In this document: positions 28,206 to 38,936 of the stretch, piece by piece | How the letters are laid out: the number at the start of each line of letters is the position of its first letter | Numbering within the stretch: the first letter of the stretch is position 1 | From: an uncultured bacterium | Lineage (GTDB): Bacteria; Krumholzibacteriota; Krumholzibacteriia; Krumholzibacteriales; WJIX01 | NCBI GenBank assembly: GCA_964554125.1 | Contig: CAZKNG010000005.1 | Span: 1 to 59,392 of the forward strand | Reading direction: 5' to 3' | Length of the DNA: 59,392 nucleotides | The notes under the pieces: generated by a model | Told to the model about the DNA's origin: nothing | Seen by the model: the letters and a program-made list of their open reading frames with translations, nothing else | Databases searched by the model: none | Made by a program: the position numbers and the translations under genes

Positions 28206-29348
28206 TTAATCATGATGTTTTCTCAGAAAAGTGGGGACATCCAGATCTACTTCTCCGGAAGCAGCTCCCACACTCGCAAACTCATTCATATCAATCTCTG
28301 ATTCTTCCAAGTCCTTATCAGTACTCACTTCGGGCTCGTTTCTGATTCCAAGCCTGGCTGCCTCAATTCGAGTCGGTTTTATTATAGACTTGCCGGAGTC
28401 AAAACCTGTTGCAATAACCGTGACATGTAATTCACCGTCAAGGTTTTCATTCACAACAGCACCGAATATGACATTCGCGTCATCTCCTGCCTCTTCACTG
28501 ATAATTGCTGTCGCCTGTGATACTTCATGCAGCGACATCTTCTCATCACCCGTAATATTTACCAGTACTCCTCTTGCCCCTTTAATCGAAACATCATCCA
28601 GTAATGGACTGTTCAATGCCAATCTGGCAGCCTCTACAGCTCGTTCTTCACCGCTTCCAACTCCCGTACCCATAAGCGCGTCACCCATTTTGCTCATTGT
28701 AGTATTCACATCGGCAAAGTCAAGGTTTATTAATCCGGGAATCGTTACAAGATCAGAAATGCCTTTTGTAGCGTGGTGGAGAACAGCGTCTGCAGTTGAG
28801 AACGCTTCTGTAAGCGGTGTTTCCCTCGATACGAGTGATAACAGTTTGTCGTTTCGTATGACAATTAAGGTATCAAGTTCTTCCTTTAATTTCTCAATTC
28901 CCTCCTTCGCCAGTCTTTCGCGGCACTTTCCCTCAAAAGAGAAAGGTATAGTTACTATCCCGACTGTCAGAGCGCCTTTTTCACGCGCAACACGGGCAAT
29001 CATCGGACTCGCGCCCGTACCTGTTCCGCCCCCCATTCCGGCGGTGACGAAAACCATATCAGAATCTTCGAGCATTTCACTTACAATATCGGCATCTTCT
29101 TCTATTGCCTTTTCTCCAATTTCCGGTTTTCCGCCTGATCCAAGCCCTGAAGTCAAATTGCTTCCAATCTGAATTTTTTTATGGGCTTTTGAATACTCGA
29201 GAACCTGAGCATCTGTATTCACAGCCAGAAACTCAACGCCCTTAAGACCCTGATCTACCATTCGGTTAACGGCATTACCTCCTGCCCCGCCTACACCAAT
29301 AACCTTGATCTTAGCCAGTTCAGAACCTTCATCGAATTCGAACCTCAT
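28206..29348 (-). CDS. ftsZ: Cell division protein FtsZ; start reassigned to ATG 29348
   Basis: IKVIGVGGAGGNAV, NTDAQ, GMGGGTGTG, INLDFADV, C-terminal LDVPTFLRK; AGGAGG SD. Confidence 0.99.
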   Translation of the reverse strand: MRFEFDEGSELAKIKVIGVGGAGGNAVNRMVDQGLKGVEFLAVNTDAQVLEYSKAHKKIQIGSNLTSGLGSGGKPEIGEKAIEEDADIVSEMLEDSDMVFVTAGMGGGTGTGASPMIARVAREKGALTVGIVTIPFSFEGKCRERLAKEGIEKLKEELDTLIVIRNDKLLSLVSRETPLTEAFSTADAVLHHATKGISDLVTIPGLINLDFADVNTTMSKMGDALMGTGVGSGEERAVEAARLALNSPLLDDVSIKGARGVLVNITGDEKMSLHEVSQATAIISEEAGDDANVIFGAVVNENLDGELHVTVIATGFDSGKSIIKPTRIEAARLGIRNEPEVSTDKDLEESEIDMNEFASVGAASGEVDLDVPTFLRKHHD

Positions 29349-29349
29349 C

Positions 29350-30591
29350 TTAGACCTCCTCCTTGTAAAAAGGGTTACCAACCTTTTTTAAACTGTCAAT
29401 TACCAAATTAAAGTAATTCCTTCTACTTCTCTTCTCTTCATAATTTTCCTCTAATATCTCACTGCCCCGCTGAAGCAAACCCAGACTGACAATCCAACTC
29501 TGATCAGTTACAAGCTCACTCAACCCTGTAATATCAGGTATGTAGCCTCGAAGTACCCTGAAGCCAAAAACCTTCCCGGCAACACTTTCAATCCCCTTGA
29601 GTTTGCTTCCTCCTCCGGTTAACAGGGTGTTTCCTTTTATCTTTTTAAAGCAGGGGTCAAGTTCTACGTCCTTTTTAACAAGACTGAATAATTCTTCACA
29701 TCTGGGTCCGACAATCCCCGCGATCTCATCCATTCCGACAGTAATCGAGTCACCGCCGGTTAATATTTCAAACTTATCCGATCTATCCGATTCTGAAGAT
29801 AATAGACTCTTATCAAAATTCTCTGACTTGATTTCCTCCGCCTTTTCTATCGGAATCCCAAGCCCTATAGCAAGGTCGTTTGAAATATTAAATCCGCCTA
29901 CCGGAATTACACCGCTGCTTCTGACAACACCTCCGTGATAAAGAACATACGTTGTGGTTTCACCCCCTATATCGATTACAAATGCCCCTTCCATCTTGTC
30001 ATATTCCTTAAGAACTGAATCTGCCGCTGCAAATGGACTGAAAATCATATCGATAATTTCTATATTGTTTCTTTTTATTATTCTCTCGAGACTTTCCGCC
30101 TCAGATTTAACCGCTGTAACTACATGGATGTTCTTTTCAAGCCTCGAAGCCTCCAAGCCAAACGGATCTTTGATATTTTTGTTTTCATCAACATTAAAAC
30201 CCTGTTCCAACATATGGAGAACGTACCTGTCGGAAGGGAGCGGTATTTTCTCGGCGTTCTTCGTTACATGCTGAATTTCTCTATCAGAGATCTGCCTTCC
30301 CATATCCAGGTTTAGAACACCCTGACTGCTGAAACTCCTTATGCCGGCGCTTGAGAAAGACAAACAGGCTCCCTCGACATTGACACCCGCCATCCTTTCC
30401 GCTTCAATTATACATCTTGACAATACCTTTGACGCTTTCTCCTCATCTGTGATTCTACCCTTTTCAACACCACCGGACGGCCTGTCGGCCACCCCGACTA
30501 TTTTCGCTCCTCCTGATTCAGCTATCTCCGCAATGAGAACCCTTGTTCTCGCTGATCCAATGTCTATACTCACTATGAAATCAATTTCCAT
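29350..30591 (-). CDS. ftsA: Cell division protein FtsA
   Basis: IDIGS, IDIGGETT, IPVGGFNISNDLA, LTGGGS actin-fold motifs; position between ftsQ and ftsZ. Confidence 0.95.
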   Translation of the reverse strand: MEIDFIVSIDIGSARTRVLIAEIAESGGAKIVGVADRPSGGVEKGRITDEEKASKVLSRCIIEAERMAGVNVEGACLSFSSAGIRSFSSQGVLNLDMGRQISDREIQHVTKNAEKIPLPSDRYVLHMLEQGFNVDENKNIKDPFGLEASRLEKNIHVVTAVKSEAESLERIIKRNNIEIIDMIFSPFAAADSVLKEYDKMEGAFVIDIGGETTTYVLYHGGVVRSSGVIPVGGFNISNDLAIGLGIPIEKAEEIKSENFDKSLLSSESDRSDKFEILTGGDSITVGMDEIAGIVGPRCEELFSLVKKDVELDPCFKKIKGNTLLTGGGSKLKGIESVAGKVFGFRVLRGYIPDITGLSELVTDQSWIVSLGLLQRGSEILEENYEEKRSRRNYFNLVIDSLKKVGNPFYKEEV

Positions 30592-30619
30592 ATTATAGCC
30601 TCACCTTCTTGCCATACTC

Positions 30620-31375
30620 TTATCTGATTACAACTTGACTGCTGAAACGAAGATCAATCATCTCTGGAAATATTTCCTGTTCCTTAAGCACTTTGTAAAC
30701 ACTCTTCAATTTGTGAACACGCTGTTCTAAACTGTTTTTTCCGAGGCGTATTATCGATCCATTCCCCATCCACACCAGAGCAACTTCCTCTCCTTCAACA
30801 TGAATCTCGGACAATTGATGGGCGGGTGAAAAACCGGATTTCTTAAATAGATCCAGAACCTTCAGGGCTTTCTTCAACTCTTTCCTGCCTGTTTCATCAT
30901 CTATATCCGTGATCCCTGTAATCAGAGGGAGATCCACACTTTTATCTGTAACTTTTGTCGAAAGAAACACCCCGTTTTCGTCAACTTCACGGAGCTCACC
31001 GCTAAGCACAGCTGCAACAGGGTTTCTGGCTTTCAAATAGCAATTGATGCGGTGGAAAGAATTCCGCTTGAAAACTACATCTTCCACATCCGGACACTCG
31101 AGGATATCCATCTTTAGTTCATCAAGTGGAATTGTAAAGATATTACATCCAATATATTTTTCTTTACACTTTGAGAGTGAATCAACAGGCAAGTTTGTTC
31201 CCTCATAAATATATATTTGCCGAACAGTAAAAACTCCGGTAAAAAACCAGAGATATACCCCCCCCCCCGCTATGAAAATCGCCGCGAGGAGCAGGATCAA
31301 ACGAGATCTGTGATTCTTGTTGACCTTTGAATTGCGAGAAGCCATAACTGATTTACTATTTCTTTTCATATTCAA
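30620..31375 (-). CDS. ftsQ: Cell division protein FtsQ/DivIB (start TTG 31375 or ATG 31369)
   Basis: Basic N-terminus, one TM helix, POTRA-like segment, LPLITG, C-terminal IDLRF. Confidence 0.9.
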   Translation of the reverse strand: MNMKRNSKSVMASRNSKVNKNHRSRLILLLAAIFIAGGGVYLWFFTGVFTVRQIYIYEGTNLPVDSLSKCKEKYIGCNIFTIPLDELKMDILECPDVEDVVFKRNSFHRINCYLKARNPVAAVLSGELREVDENGVFLSTKVTDKSVDLPLITGITDIDDETGRKELKKALKVLDLFKKSGFSPAHQLSEIHVEGEEVALVWMGNGSIIRLGKNSLEQRVHKLKSVYKVLKEQEIFPEMIDLRFSSQVVIR

Positions 31376-32742
31376 GCCCTTTTTTCTTTGAGGATTTCCT
31401 CTCCTAAACGCCAGATATCACCGGCTCCAAGTGTTAAAACCAGATCACCTTCCTTTATAAAATTCGACACTGAGCTCTTCAAATCCCCTCTGTCCGGCAG
31501 ATAATCAACAGCTCCTGTACTATTTTTCATAACAACCCTGTATATGAGTTCGCCGCTTACACCGGACAGTGCCTTCTCACCCGCGGCATAGACGTCGGTA
31601 ATAAAGACCTGATCCGCCTTACTGAAACATGTGTTAAACTCCGAATATAAATCCCTTGTGCGCGTATACCTGTGTGGTTGGAAGACGACAACAATTCTCC
31701 TTGAGAAATTCTCCCGGGCTGTATCGATTACAGATTGAATCTCCGTGGGATGATGAGCGTAATCATCAATAAAAAGGATCCCCCCGGTCTTTCCTTTAAA
31801 CTCAAATCTTCTGCCTACACCCTGGAACTTTCCAAGCCCCTTCTTAAGGGCTTCGAAATTAATCCCAATCTCCTCGGACAGGGCACAAACACCAAGCGCG
31901 TTCAAAACATTATAACGCCCGGGAAGATTAATAAACAGGTCCCCTCTTCTCTCTCCATCTATATAAAGGGTGAAACTTGTGCCCTCCTCAAAATATTCTT
32001 TGATAACTCCTCTAACATCAGCATCTTCACTTAACCCGAAAGTTACTACTCTACGGTCTATTTTAGGAATAATCGTCCTGACATGGGAATTGTCTATACA
32101 ACAAAGGACAGCTCCGTGAAAAGGAACACGCCCGGCGAAAGTTATAAACGCGTCATATATATTCTCGATACTCCCGTAACAATCTATGTGTTCCCTGTCA
32201 ATATTTGTAATCAAAGCGATAACCGGAGATAATCTGACAAAATATCCGTCACTTTCGTCAACTTCCGCGATGATGAATTTACCTTTGCCAAGCCTCGCGT
32301 TCGCTTTCAAAGACTTTACCTTTCCTCCAACAACTACTGTAGGGTCCATCCCCGCCCTGCTGACAACCTCAGCCGCGATTGATGTTGTTGTGGTTTTACC
32401 GTGCGCGCCCGCAATCGCGATACCCTCTCTTATAGTCATTAATTCACCAAGCATATCTGACCGGGGAATAATAGGAATATCCCTTCTGCCGGCCTCTACA
32501 ACTTCGGGGTTCGAAGGAGATACAGCGGAAGAAACAACAACCACATCACTCTCTGAAACATTCTCTTTCCTATGCCCTTTGCATATTTTCGCTCCCAGGG
32601 ATTCGAGATGTCTGGTAACCGCGGTACTTTTCAAATCGGACCCTGTAATTTCAAATCCGAGATTTATTAATACTTCCGCTATTCCGCTCATACCAATCCC
32701 GCCGATACCGATAAAATGAACATGTTTTCTCTTTCCCAGCAT
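31372..32742 (-). CDS. murC: UDP-N-acetylmuramate--L-alanine ligase
   Basis: HFIGIGGIGMSGIA, GAHGKTTT, EVDESDG, RRFE, DDYAHHPTE, FQPHRYTRT. Confidence 0.99.
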   Translation of the reverse strand: MLGKRKHVHFIGIGGIGMSGIAEVLINLGFEITGSDLKSTAVTRHLESLGAKICKGHRKENVSESDVVVVSSAVSPSNPEVVEAGRRDIPIIPRSDMLGELMTIREGIAIAGAHGKTTTTSIAAEVVSRAGMDPTVVVGGKVKSLKANARLGKGKFIIAEVDESDGYFVRLSPVIALITNIDREHIDCYGSIENIYDAFITFAGRVPFHGAVLCCIDNSHVRTIIPKIDRRVVTFGLSEDADVRGVIKEYFEEGTSFTLYIDGERRGDLFINLPGRYNVLNALGVCALSEEIGINFEALKKGLGKFQGVGRRFEFKGKTGGILFIDDYAHHPTEIQSVIDTARENFSRRIVVVFQPHRYTRTRDLYSEFNTCFSKADQVFITDVYAAGEKALSGVSGELIYRVVMKNSTGAVDYLPDRGDLKSSVSNFIKEGDLVLTLGAGDIWRLGEEILKEKRA

Positions 32743-32754
32743 ATATAACTCTTT

Positions 32755-33885
32755 CTATTTAGATTTTTTAAAACTAAAACGTTTCTTTGCAGCACCCTCT
32801 GATTTTCTTTGATAGAACCCCAACATATCATCCACTATTCTACGGGAAGCATCTCTGACTCCTATATCAAGGGCCGATCTCTTCATCTTTTCAAACCTTT
32901 CAGAATTTCCGATAATTTCTTCCAGAGCAGTTTCAAGATGCTTTCCATCCAGCACTGAATCATCTATAACTACAGAGGCGCCGGCGTCGGCCATAAAACG
33001 GGCGTTACAGATCTGGTGCTCATCTACAGAATGAGGATAGGGTACAAGTATTGACGGTATCCCTACGGCGGCAAGTTCTGAAACACTCAGTGCTCCAGCT
33101 CTCGACAGAGCAACATCAGCAACTTGATAAGCGTCGCGAATATCTATTATGTAATCGGTGACAAATACTCCTTCCACCTCTCCTATTCTCTCCTTTACCC
33201 ACCGGTACCCCCTGGAACCTGTCTGTACTATCCCCTGCATATTATTACCCGCCAGGAAATACTCTACAGCGGCCTGGTTGAGAGATCTCGCTCCCTGACT
33301 ACCCCCGAATACGAGTAGAGTCGGAATATTCTTTTTCAACCCAAAAGATTCATATGGTCTATTGCTGTATTCTTTCGTTATTGTTCTTCGCAGCGGGTTG
33401 CCTGTTATAACAATATTATCCTTCCTTTTGAAATATTCCCCGGCACTTTCAAAACCCAGATATACGCGGTCTGCCAACTTCGATAATACCCTGTTTGTAA
33501 TTCCGGGAATCGAATTCTGTTCCTGCAGCATTACTCCGCATTTTGATAAACTCGAAGCAATTACAACTGCGGCACTTGCATACCCTCCAAATCCAAAAAC
33601 TATGTCCGGTTTAAACCTCAATCGAATGACAAGAGCCTGTATTATGCCCAGGACAAGACTGAACGCGGTATTAACCAGGCCGAGAATATTCTTACCCCTC
33701 ATTCCCCTCGAGCTTATAAACTTTATATCATATCCGTACTTCTGAACTATTTTCGATTCCATACCTGCCTTTGTCCCAACAAACAAAGCTTCTAAAGGCA
33801 GACTTCTTGCTTTTATTTCATCCACAACAGCAAGAGCGGGATAGAGATGCCCTCCAGTACCTCCTCCAGAAAAAATAATCCTCAT
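32755..33885 (-). CDS. murG: Lipid II GlcNAc transferase MurG
   Basis: GGGTGGHLYPA, GGYAS, EQN, TGNPLR, GGSQGA, RAGA, HQ..NA. Confidence 0.99.
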   Translation of the reverse strand: MRIIFSGGGTGGHLYPALAVVDEIKARSLPLEALFVGTKAGMESKIVQKYGYDIKFISSRGMRGKNILGLVNTAFSLVLGIIQALVIRLRFKPDIVFGFGGYASAAVVIASSLSKCGVMLQEQNSIPGITNRVLSKLADRVYLGFESAGEYFKRKDNIVITGNPLRRTITKEYSNRPYESFGLKKNIPTLLVFGGSQGARSLNQAAVEYFLAGNNMQGIVQTGSRGYRWVKERIGEVEGVFVTDYIIDIRDAYQVADVALSRAGALSVSELAAVGIPSILVPYPHSVDEHQICNARFMADAGASVVIDDSVLDGKHLETALEEIIGNSERFEKMKRSALDIGVRDASRRIVDDMLGFYQRKSEGAAKKRFSFKKSK

Positions 33886-35066
33886 TTAATCATCCCCTTC
33901 CCCCTATTTTCGACTCGTCTCGCGAATACAGGACTGCCTTTCTTGCCGGTAGTCTGGAAAAGACCGGGGCTGGTTTTCTTCTTCGCGCTTCCTGAAATAT
34001 TCAGCAAGACACCAACAGCGGCCATAGTAGTTACAAGAGAAGTGCCTCCATAACTTACAAATGGTAGCGGAAGCCCTACCGTAGGAAGCAGCCCTATACT
34101 CATTGTTATATTAATCAGTGCCGTGGATAAAATAACAAAACCTATCCCTATAGCCAGAAAACGGCCGAATGTGTTTGGCGCGTTTCTTGTTATATTCATA
34201 ACTCTCAGGAATATGAAAAGGAAAATTCCGAGAACCAGCAGTGTGCCGATTATTCCAAACTCCTCACCGATTATAGAAAAAATGAAGTCTGTATGGGGAT
34301 CGGGCAAAAAGTTGAATTTCTGATGTCCGTTTCCAAGGCCACAGCCGAAAATAAATCCGGAACCCAGTGAGATCAGAGATTGTCTAACGTGCCAATTCTG
34401 AGAAAGAGCAAACTCCCCTCGGTTTAATATAGCCAGGAATCTGTTGTAAACATGCGGCCTCAAATAAACATATGGCGCTGAAGCGATAATAATAGCTCCA
34501 TAATAACCCGCCAGATGAACAAATTTACAATTCCCCAGAAAAAGAAGAGTTATGGAAAGTATAATAATCAGAGTGGCATTGCTTATATTGGGTTGCAGGA
34601 CCAGCAACCCCGCAATCACAATCGAAAACACAAATACGGGAAGGAACCCCTGTTTAAACCTTCTGATTCCGCCTCTTCCCCTTGCAATCATATCAGCAAT
34701 GAATATTACTAAAGAGTACTTAACCAGCTCGACCGGTTGAATCGTAATATTATAAATACTGAGCCATCTCCTTGCTCCTCTTATTTCCTTACCCCATATC
34801 AAAACAGCAATTAGTAGAAATATTGAGATAATAAGCATCATCGCTGAAATCCTTCTGTAAATCTCAAAGGGAATTTTCATACAAACAAGGAGACAAAGAA
34901 TTCCCATACCCAGGTGCATAGCCTTGCGCTGCATAAAGAAATATGGACTTCCATACTTCTCTTTAGCAATTATCTGAGTTGCAGACGAGACCATAACCAT
35001 TCCCAGAACGGCGAGAAGAATCACGGCGCAAAGCAAATGTATGTCGTATCTCTTTCTCGCTTTCAC
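33882..35066 (-). CDS. ftsW: SEDS peptidoglycan polymerase FtsW (start GTG 35066 preferred; ORF track gives TTG 35081)
   Basis: GARRWL, IQPVEL, LQPN, GSGFIFG, FLPDPHTDFIF, LPFVSYGGTS. Confidence 0.96.
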   Translation of the reverse strand: MKARKRYDIHLLCAVILLAVLGMVMVSSATQIIAKEKYGSPYFFMQRKAMHLGMGILCLLVCMKIPFEIYRRISAMMLIISIFLLIAVLIWGKEIRGARRWLSIYNITIQPVELVKYSLVIFIADMIARGRGGIRRFKQGFLPVFVFSIVIAGLLVLQPNISNATLIIILSITLLFLGNCKFVHLAGYYGAIIIASAPYVYLRPHVYNRFLAILNRGEFALSQNWHVRQSLISLGSGFIFGCGLGNGHQKFNFLPDPHTDFIFSIIGEEFGIIGTLLVLGIFLFIFLRVMNITRNAPNTFGRFLAIGIGFVILSTALINITMSIGLLPTVGLPLPFVSYGGTSLVTTMAAVGVLLNISGSAKKKTSPGLFQTTGKKGSPVFARRVENRGKGMIK

Positions 35067-35070
35067 TAAA

Positions 35071-36426
35071 TTACACCCCAATCTGATTTACTATATCTTT
35101 AAATAGATTTCCTCTTTCTCTGAAATCTGTAAACATATCAAAGCTCGCGCAGGCTGGTGACAGGACAACACAAGTTCCGTCTTTGCTTACATCACGCGCT
35201 TTATGAACTGCCCCGGCCATTGTCTCTGCGTGAGAGACAGGCACAACTCCACGTAGTGCTTCTTCAATCAAATCAGCGGCACTGCCGATTAATACAAGAT
35301 GCTGAATATTGCCCGCAACCTTGAGCAGTTTCTTAAAATCGCTTCCCTTGTCGAGTCCACCCGCGATAAGAACAACCGGACACTTAAGATTAGCCAGGCT
35401 TTTTACAGTCGCTTCAACATTCGTTGCTTTAGAATCATTAAAATATGCTACATTTCCAACCGTTCTAACTTTCTCCATCCTGTGCTCAAGCCCTTCAAAA
35501 CCAGACAACGCCTCTCTGCAGGATTTCGCTGATACACCAAATACCTTCAGCGAAGCAATAGCGGCAAGCGCGTTTTCAACATTATGAAGCCCAACAACCT
35601 TCAGGTCGGAAATATCCATGATTTCTTCACGGCCCTTTTCATCCGACACTCGGACTATAGTCGAACCATCCAGAAATACTCCCTCTTTAAGATGAGTTGA
35701 TGACGAAAACGCAACTACCCTTCCCCTGAATTTAGACGCGACCATGGCGCACCTTTTATCATCGGCATTGTAGAAAAACCAATCGTTGCCGTCATTATTC
35801 GCGGCAATTCTTTCTTTTGCCCTGTAATAATAAGCGGCATCCGGATACCTGTCCAGATGGTCGGGGGTCATGTTTAGAATCCCCGTAACATCCGGTTTGA
35901 AATCTGATACAAGTTCAAGTTGAAAACTGCTGACTTCAATTACAAATATACCTTTAGAATCAAGATCTTCTGTTACCTTACTGAACGGTTTCCCTATATT
36001 TCCGGCTGCAATCGCTTTATGACCGGATTCAATTAATATTCTTTCTATCATCTTAACAGTTGTAGATTTTCCGTTTGTTCCCGTAAGAGCTATTATCTTT
36101 CCTTCCGCGAAGCGGTACCCCAGCTCAAGCTCTGAAACTATCGGTATCGATCTATTAACTGCTTCTAATACAATCGGATGGCTTGTACTAATCCCGGGGC
36201 TTAGAACTACCTCATCACAATTCTCAAGGAGATCGGCTGAAAAGGGTCCGAGATGAATATTCATATCTTTGAATCTGCCCGGCAACGAAATATCCCTGTT
36301 CTCATCAGCTGCTATAAGATTGACTCCCTTTTTCAGAAGCAGGTCAATCGCGGCAAGACCGCTTCTGGCAAGCCCTAAAATCAGAATCTTTTTATTTTGA
36401 TAATCCGTTTTAAAATTATCAGTCAA
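35071..36426 (-). CDS. murD: UDP-N-acetylmuramoyl-L-alanine--D-glutamate ligase
   Basis: LGLARSG, TGTNGKST, EVSSFQLE, DHLDRY, NDSKATN, GGLDKG, LSPACASFDMF. Confidence 0.99.
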   Translation of the reverse strand: MTDNFKTDYQNKKILILGLARSGLAAIDLLLKKGVNLIAADENRDISLPGRFKDMNIHLGPFSADLLENCDEVVLSPGISTSHPIVLEAVNRSIPIVSELELGYRFAEGKIIALTGTNGKSTTVKMIERILIESGHKAIAAGNIGKPFSKVTEDLDSKGIFVIEVSSFQLELVSDFKPDVTGILNMTPDHLDRYPDAAYYYRAKERIAANNDGNDWFFYNADDKRCAMVASKFRGRVVAFSSSTHLKEGVFLDGSTIVRVSDEKGREEIMDISDLKVVGLHNVENALAAIASLKVFGVSAKSCREALSGFEGLEHRMEKVRTVGNVAYFNDSKATNVEATVKSLANLKCPVVLIAGGLDKGSDFKKLLKVAGNIQHLVLIGSAADLIEEALRGVVPVSHAETMAGAVHKARDVSKDGTCVVLSPACASFDMFTDFRERGNLFKDIVNQIGV

Positions 36427-36447
36427 ACCGTTCTCCCAGATCTGCGC

Positions 36448-37533
36448 TTATCGCAGTTTCAGAGTACTCATTCCAATCAACATAAAGAGAGCAGCCAGAA
36501 TCCAGAATCTCACAACTACCTGCTCTTCACTCCAACCCTTCAGTTCAAAGTGGTGGTGAAGAGGCGCCATTCTAAATATCCTCTTCCCCCTGAGCTTATA
36601 GGAAACCACCTGCAAGATAACCGAAGCAGCTTCAATAACGAAAATGCCCCCGATTATCAAAAGCAAAAACTCGCTTTTAAGCAGAACTGCAATCGTACCA
36701 AGCGCTCCGCCTAGAGCTAAAGACCCTGTATCTCCCATGAAAATCTTGGCGGGATGAGTATTAAACCATAAAAAGCCCATAGCCGCCCCAACAACTGACA
36801 TACAGTATATAGCAAGCTCTCCACTGCCCTCCTGATAAAATATATTCAGATAATCGGCGAAAACGGCGTGCCCCGAGAGATACGCGAGAATAGCAAATGA
36901 CAGAAAACAGAATGTAGTAACACCTGTCGCGAGACCGTCGAGCCCATCAGTCAGATTAACCGCGTTCGATGTACCGGTAACCACAAGCATAACAAAAGGG
37001 ATATAAAAAATATTCCAATCCAGGTATGTGTCTTTTAAGAATGGAATAGCGGTACTTGTCGCGTTCTCCTGTATAATAGGCGTGAAATATAGAAATACTC
37101 CCAGTGCCGCCCCGAAAAGCAGCTGGCCAAAAAGCTTATATCTACCGACAAGACCTTTGGCTCGTTTTTTTACGACACTCAGATAGTCATCCCAGAACCC
37201 AATCAACCCGATCCATACTGTAACTACTAAAACAAGCTGGATATAGGGATTCTTAAGATTTGCCCATAGTAAAGTGGGGATTATCGTCGCGGCTATAATT
37301 AATACTCCCCCCATCGTTGGTGTACCCTCTTTACTCGAATGCCGCTTTGGAACATCTGCCCTGATTCTCTGTCCGATCTGCATCTTCGCCAGCCATCCTA
37401 TCATTCTGGGACCGATAACAAAGCTCATAACCAAAGCTGTAATAGTCGCGTAAGCGGCTCTGAAAGTTATGTATTTGAAAACATTGAACGCGAATAAATA
37501 TTCTTTCAGCGGATAGAGAAGGTGATAAAGCAT
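36448..37533 (-). CDS. mraY: Phospho-N-acetylmuramoyl-pentapeptide transferase
   Basis: TPTMGG, DDY, NAVNLTDGLDGL, FMGDTGS, MAPLHHHFE. Confidence 0.99.
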   Translation of the reverse strand: MLYHLLYPLKEYLFAFNVFKYITFRAAYATITALVMSFVIGPRMIGWLAKMQIGQRIRADVPKRHSSKEGTPTMGGVLIIAATIIPTLLWANLKNPYIQLVLVVTVWIGLIGFWDDYLSVVKKRAKGLVGRYKLFGQLLFGAALGVFLYFTPIIQENATSTAIPFLKDTYLDWNIFYIPFVMLVVTGTSNAVNLTDGLDGLATGVTTFCFLSFAILAYLSGHAVFADYLNIFYQEGSGELAIYCMSVVGAAMGFLWFNTHPAKIFMGDTGSLALGGALGTIAVLLKSEFLLLIIGGIFVIEAASVILQVVSYKLRGKRIFRMAPLHHHFELKGWSEEQVVVRFWILAALFMLIGMSTLKLR

Positions 37534-38936
37534 CAGTCGACTCTCCTTTTTGGAGTTTCCCTGAGTATTTCAATCTCATCGATTAACTTCCACATTCCCA
37601 TATTCCTCGATCCCTTAATTAATACGGCGTCTCCCTCTTTTAACAATTCGTTCAGATAACCCGACAACTTGACTATGTCCATGAAGTGACTGATAATATC
37701 CGGCGCTTTTCTCTGAATAGATGCTTCTCTGCTAATCTCGACACTTTCTTTTCCCATAGTAATCAATCCATAAACTCCGGCTCTGCCGCAAAATCTACCA
37801 ACTTCTCTGTGTAACTCCCCGCTCTCAGGTCCCAGTTCCAGCATATCTCCCAGTACCAGCCAAGCTCTTCCCTCTACAGGCATCTCCATAAAAGCTTCAA
37901 CAGAAGACTTCAGCGATAAAGGGTTGGAATTGTACGAATCATTTACAAATACAATCCCCTCCACATCGAATATCCTCCCTCTTCTCTCAACAGCTCTGAA
38001 ATCGCCTATGGCGCGGGCAATATCTGAAATTGAAACGTCAAGACAAGCGGCAGCCGCCGCCGCGGCAACCGCATTCAACAGATGGTATCTCCCATAACTA
38101 TTTATCCGCATCGCCTGACCTCCAAGGAGAAACTTATACCCCCCTCCATATACTGTTTCAACCTCCCTCGGAGACCACTGGGCGTCATCAGAAAAACCGA
38201 AGCTGACAATATCCGCTCTGGTTTTCTCTTTCAGGAATTCAAAGAAATCGTCATCTGCCGGCAATACAGCTCTATTTTCTTCAGAAAATGAGCTTATTAA
38301 TTCCGATTTTGCCTCCGCTACACCCTTTAAAGACCTGAAGAATTCAAGATGTCCGGGGCCGATATTAGTTATGATTCCAATATCCGGCTTACCTATCTCT
38401 GCAAGGAGCTTGATCTCACCCCTGCGGCTGGCTCCCATTTCAATTACCAGAATCTCTGTTTCTTCATCCATGCTCAATATCGTTAAAGGAAGCCCTATAT
38501 GATTATTATAATTTCCCGGGGTCGCGTGGACCCTGTATTTCTCGGCGAGTATTGAAGCAAGCATCTCTTTTGTTTCTGTTTTACCGGTGCTGCCCGTAAC
38601 ACCTACCGATCGAACTCCTATCTTATCTTTATAGTCAGAAGATAATCTCTGAAGAGCCTTTACTGTATCCTCGACTTCAAATACAGGAAGTTCTAATCCC
38701 GCCCATTTATTTCTCTTCTTTTTTGAAACGAGAAGCGCTTTAGCACCTGACGTTACCGCGTCTTCAAGATAATCATGGCCGTCGGCATTTTCACCTTCAA
38801 TGGCAACGAAGATAGTTCCGCCGCAGTCATCTCTTGTATCTATAGAAACCCCTTCCACTGTTCCCGCGAGGGGGATTTCCTTTTTATAGGCCTCCCGCCC
38901 CAGTGATTCTGCTAACCATTCAAGCTCAACTTTGAT
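37533..38936 (-). CDS. murF: UDP-N-acetylmuramoyl-tripeptide--D-Ala-D-Ala ligase; probable non-canonical ATC start at 38936 (ORF track starts at GTG 38858)
   Basis: SIDTR, TGSTGKT, NYNNHIGLP, EMGA, NDSYNSNP, LGDMLELG, KGSR; the frame stays open upstream to a TAG at 38940-38942 and reads IKVELEWLAESLG after a GGAGG SD. Confidence 0.95.
   Translation of the reverse strand: MKVELEWLAESLGREAYKKEIPLAGTVEGVSIDTRDDCGGTIFVAIEGENADGHDYLEDAVTSGAKALLVSKKKRNKWAGLELPVFEVEDTVKALQRLSSDYKDKIGVRSVGVTGSTGKTETKEMLASILAEKYRVHATPGNYNNHIGLPLTILSMDEETEILVIEMGASRRGEIKLLAEIGKPDIGIITNIGPGHLEFFRSLKGVAEAKSELISSFSEENRAVLPADDDFFEFLKEKTRADIVSFGFSDDAQWSPREVETVYGGGYKFLLGGQAMRINSYGRYHLLNAVAAAAAAACLDVSISDIARAIGDFRAVERRGRIFDVEGIVFVNDSYNSNPLSLKSSVEAFMEMPVEGRAWLVLGDMLELGPESGELHREVGRFCGRAGVYGLITMGKESVEISREASIQRKAPDIISHFMDIVKLSGYLNELLKEGDAVLIKGSRNMGMWKLIDEIEILRETPKRRVD

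Noticed and set aside
28231-29172. 313-aa plus-strand ORF
   Set aside because: Antisense shadow of ftsZ, Ser/Pro/Thr-rich, with no recognisable motifs or SD.
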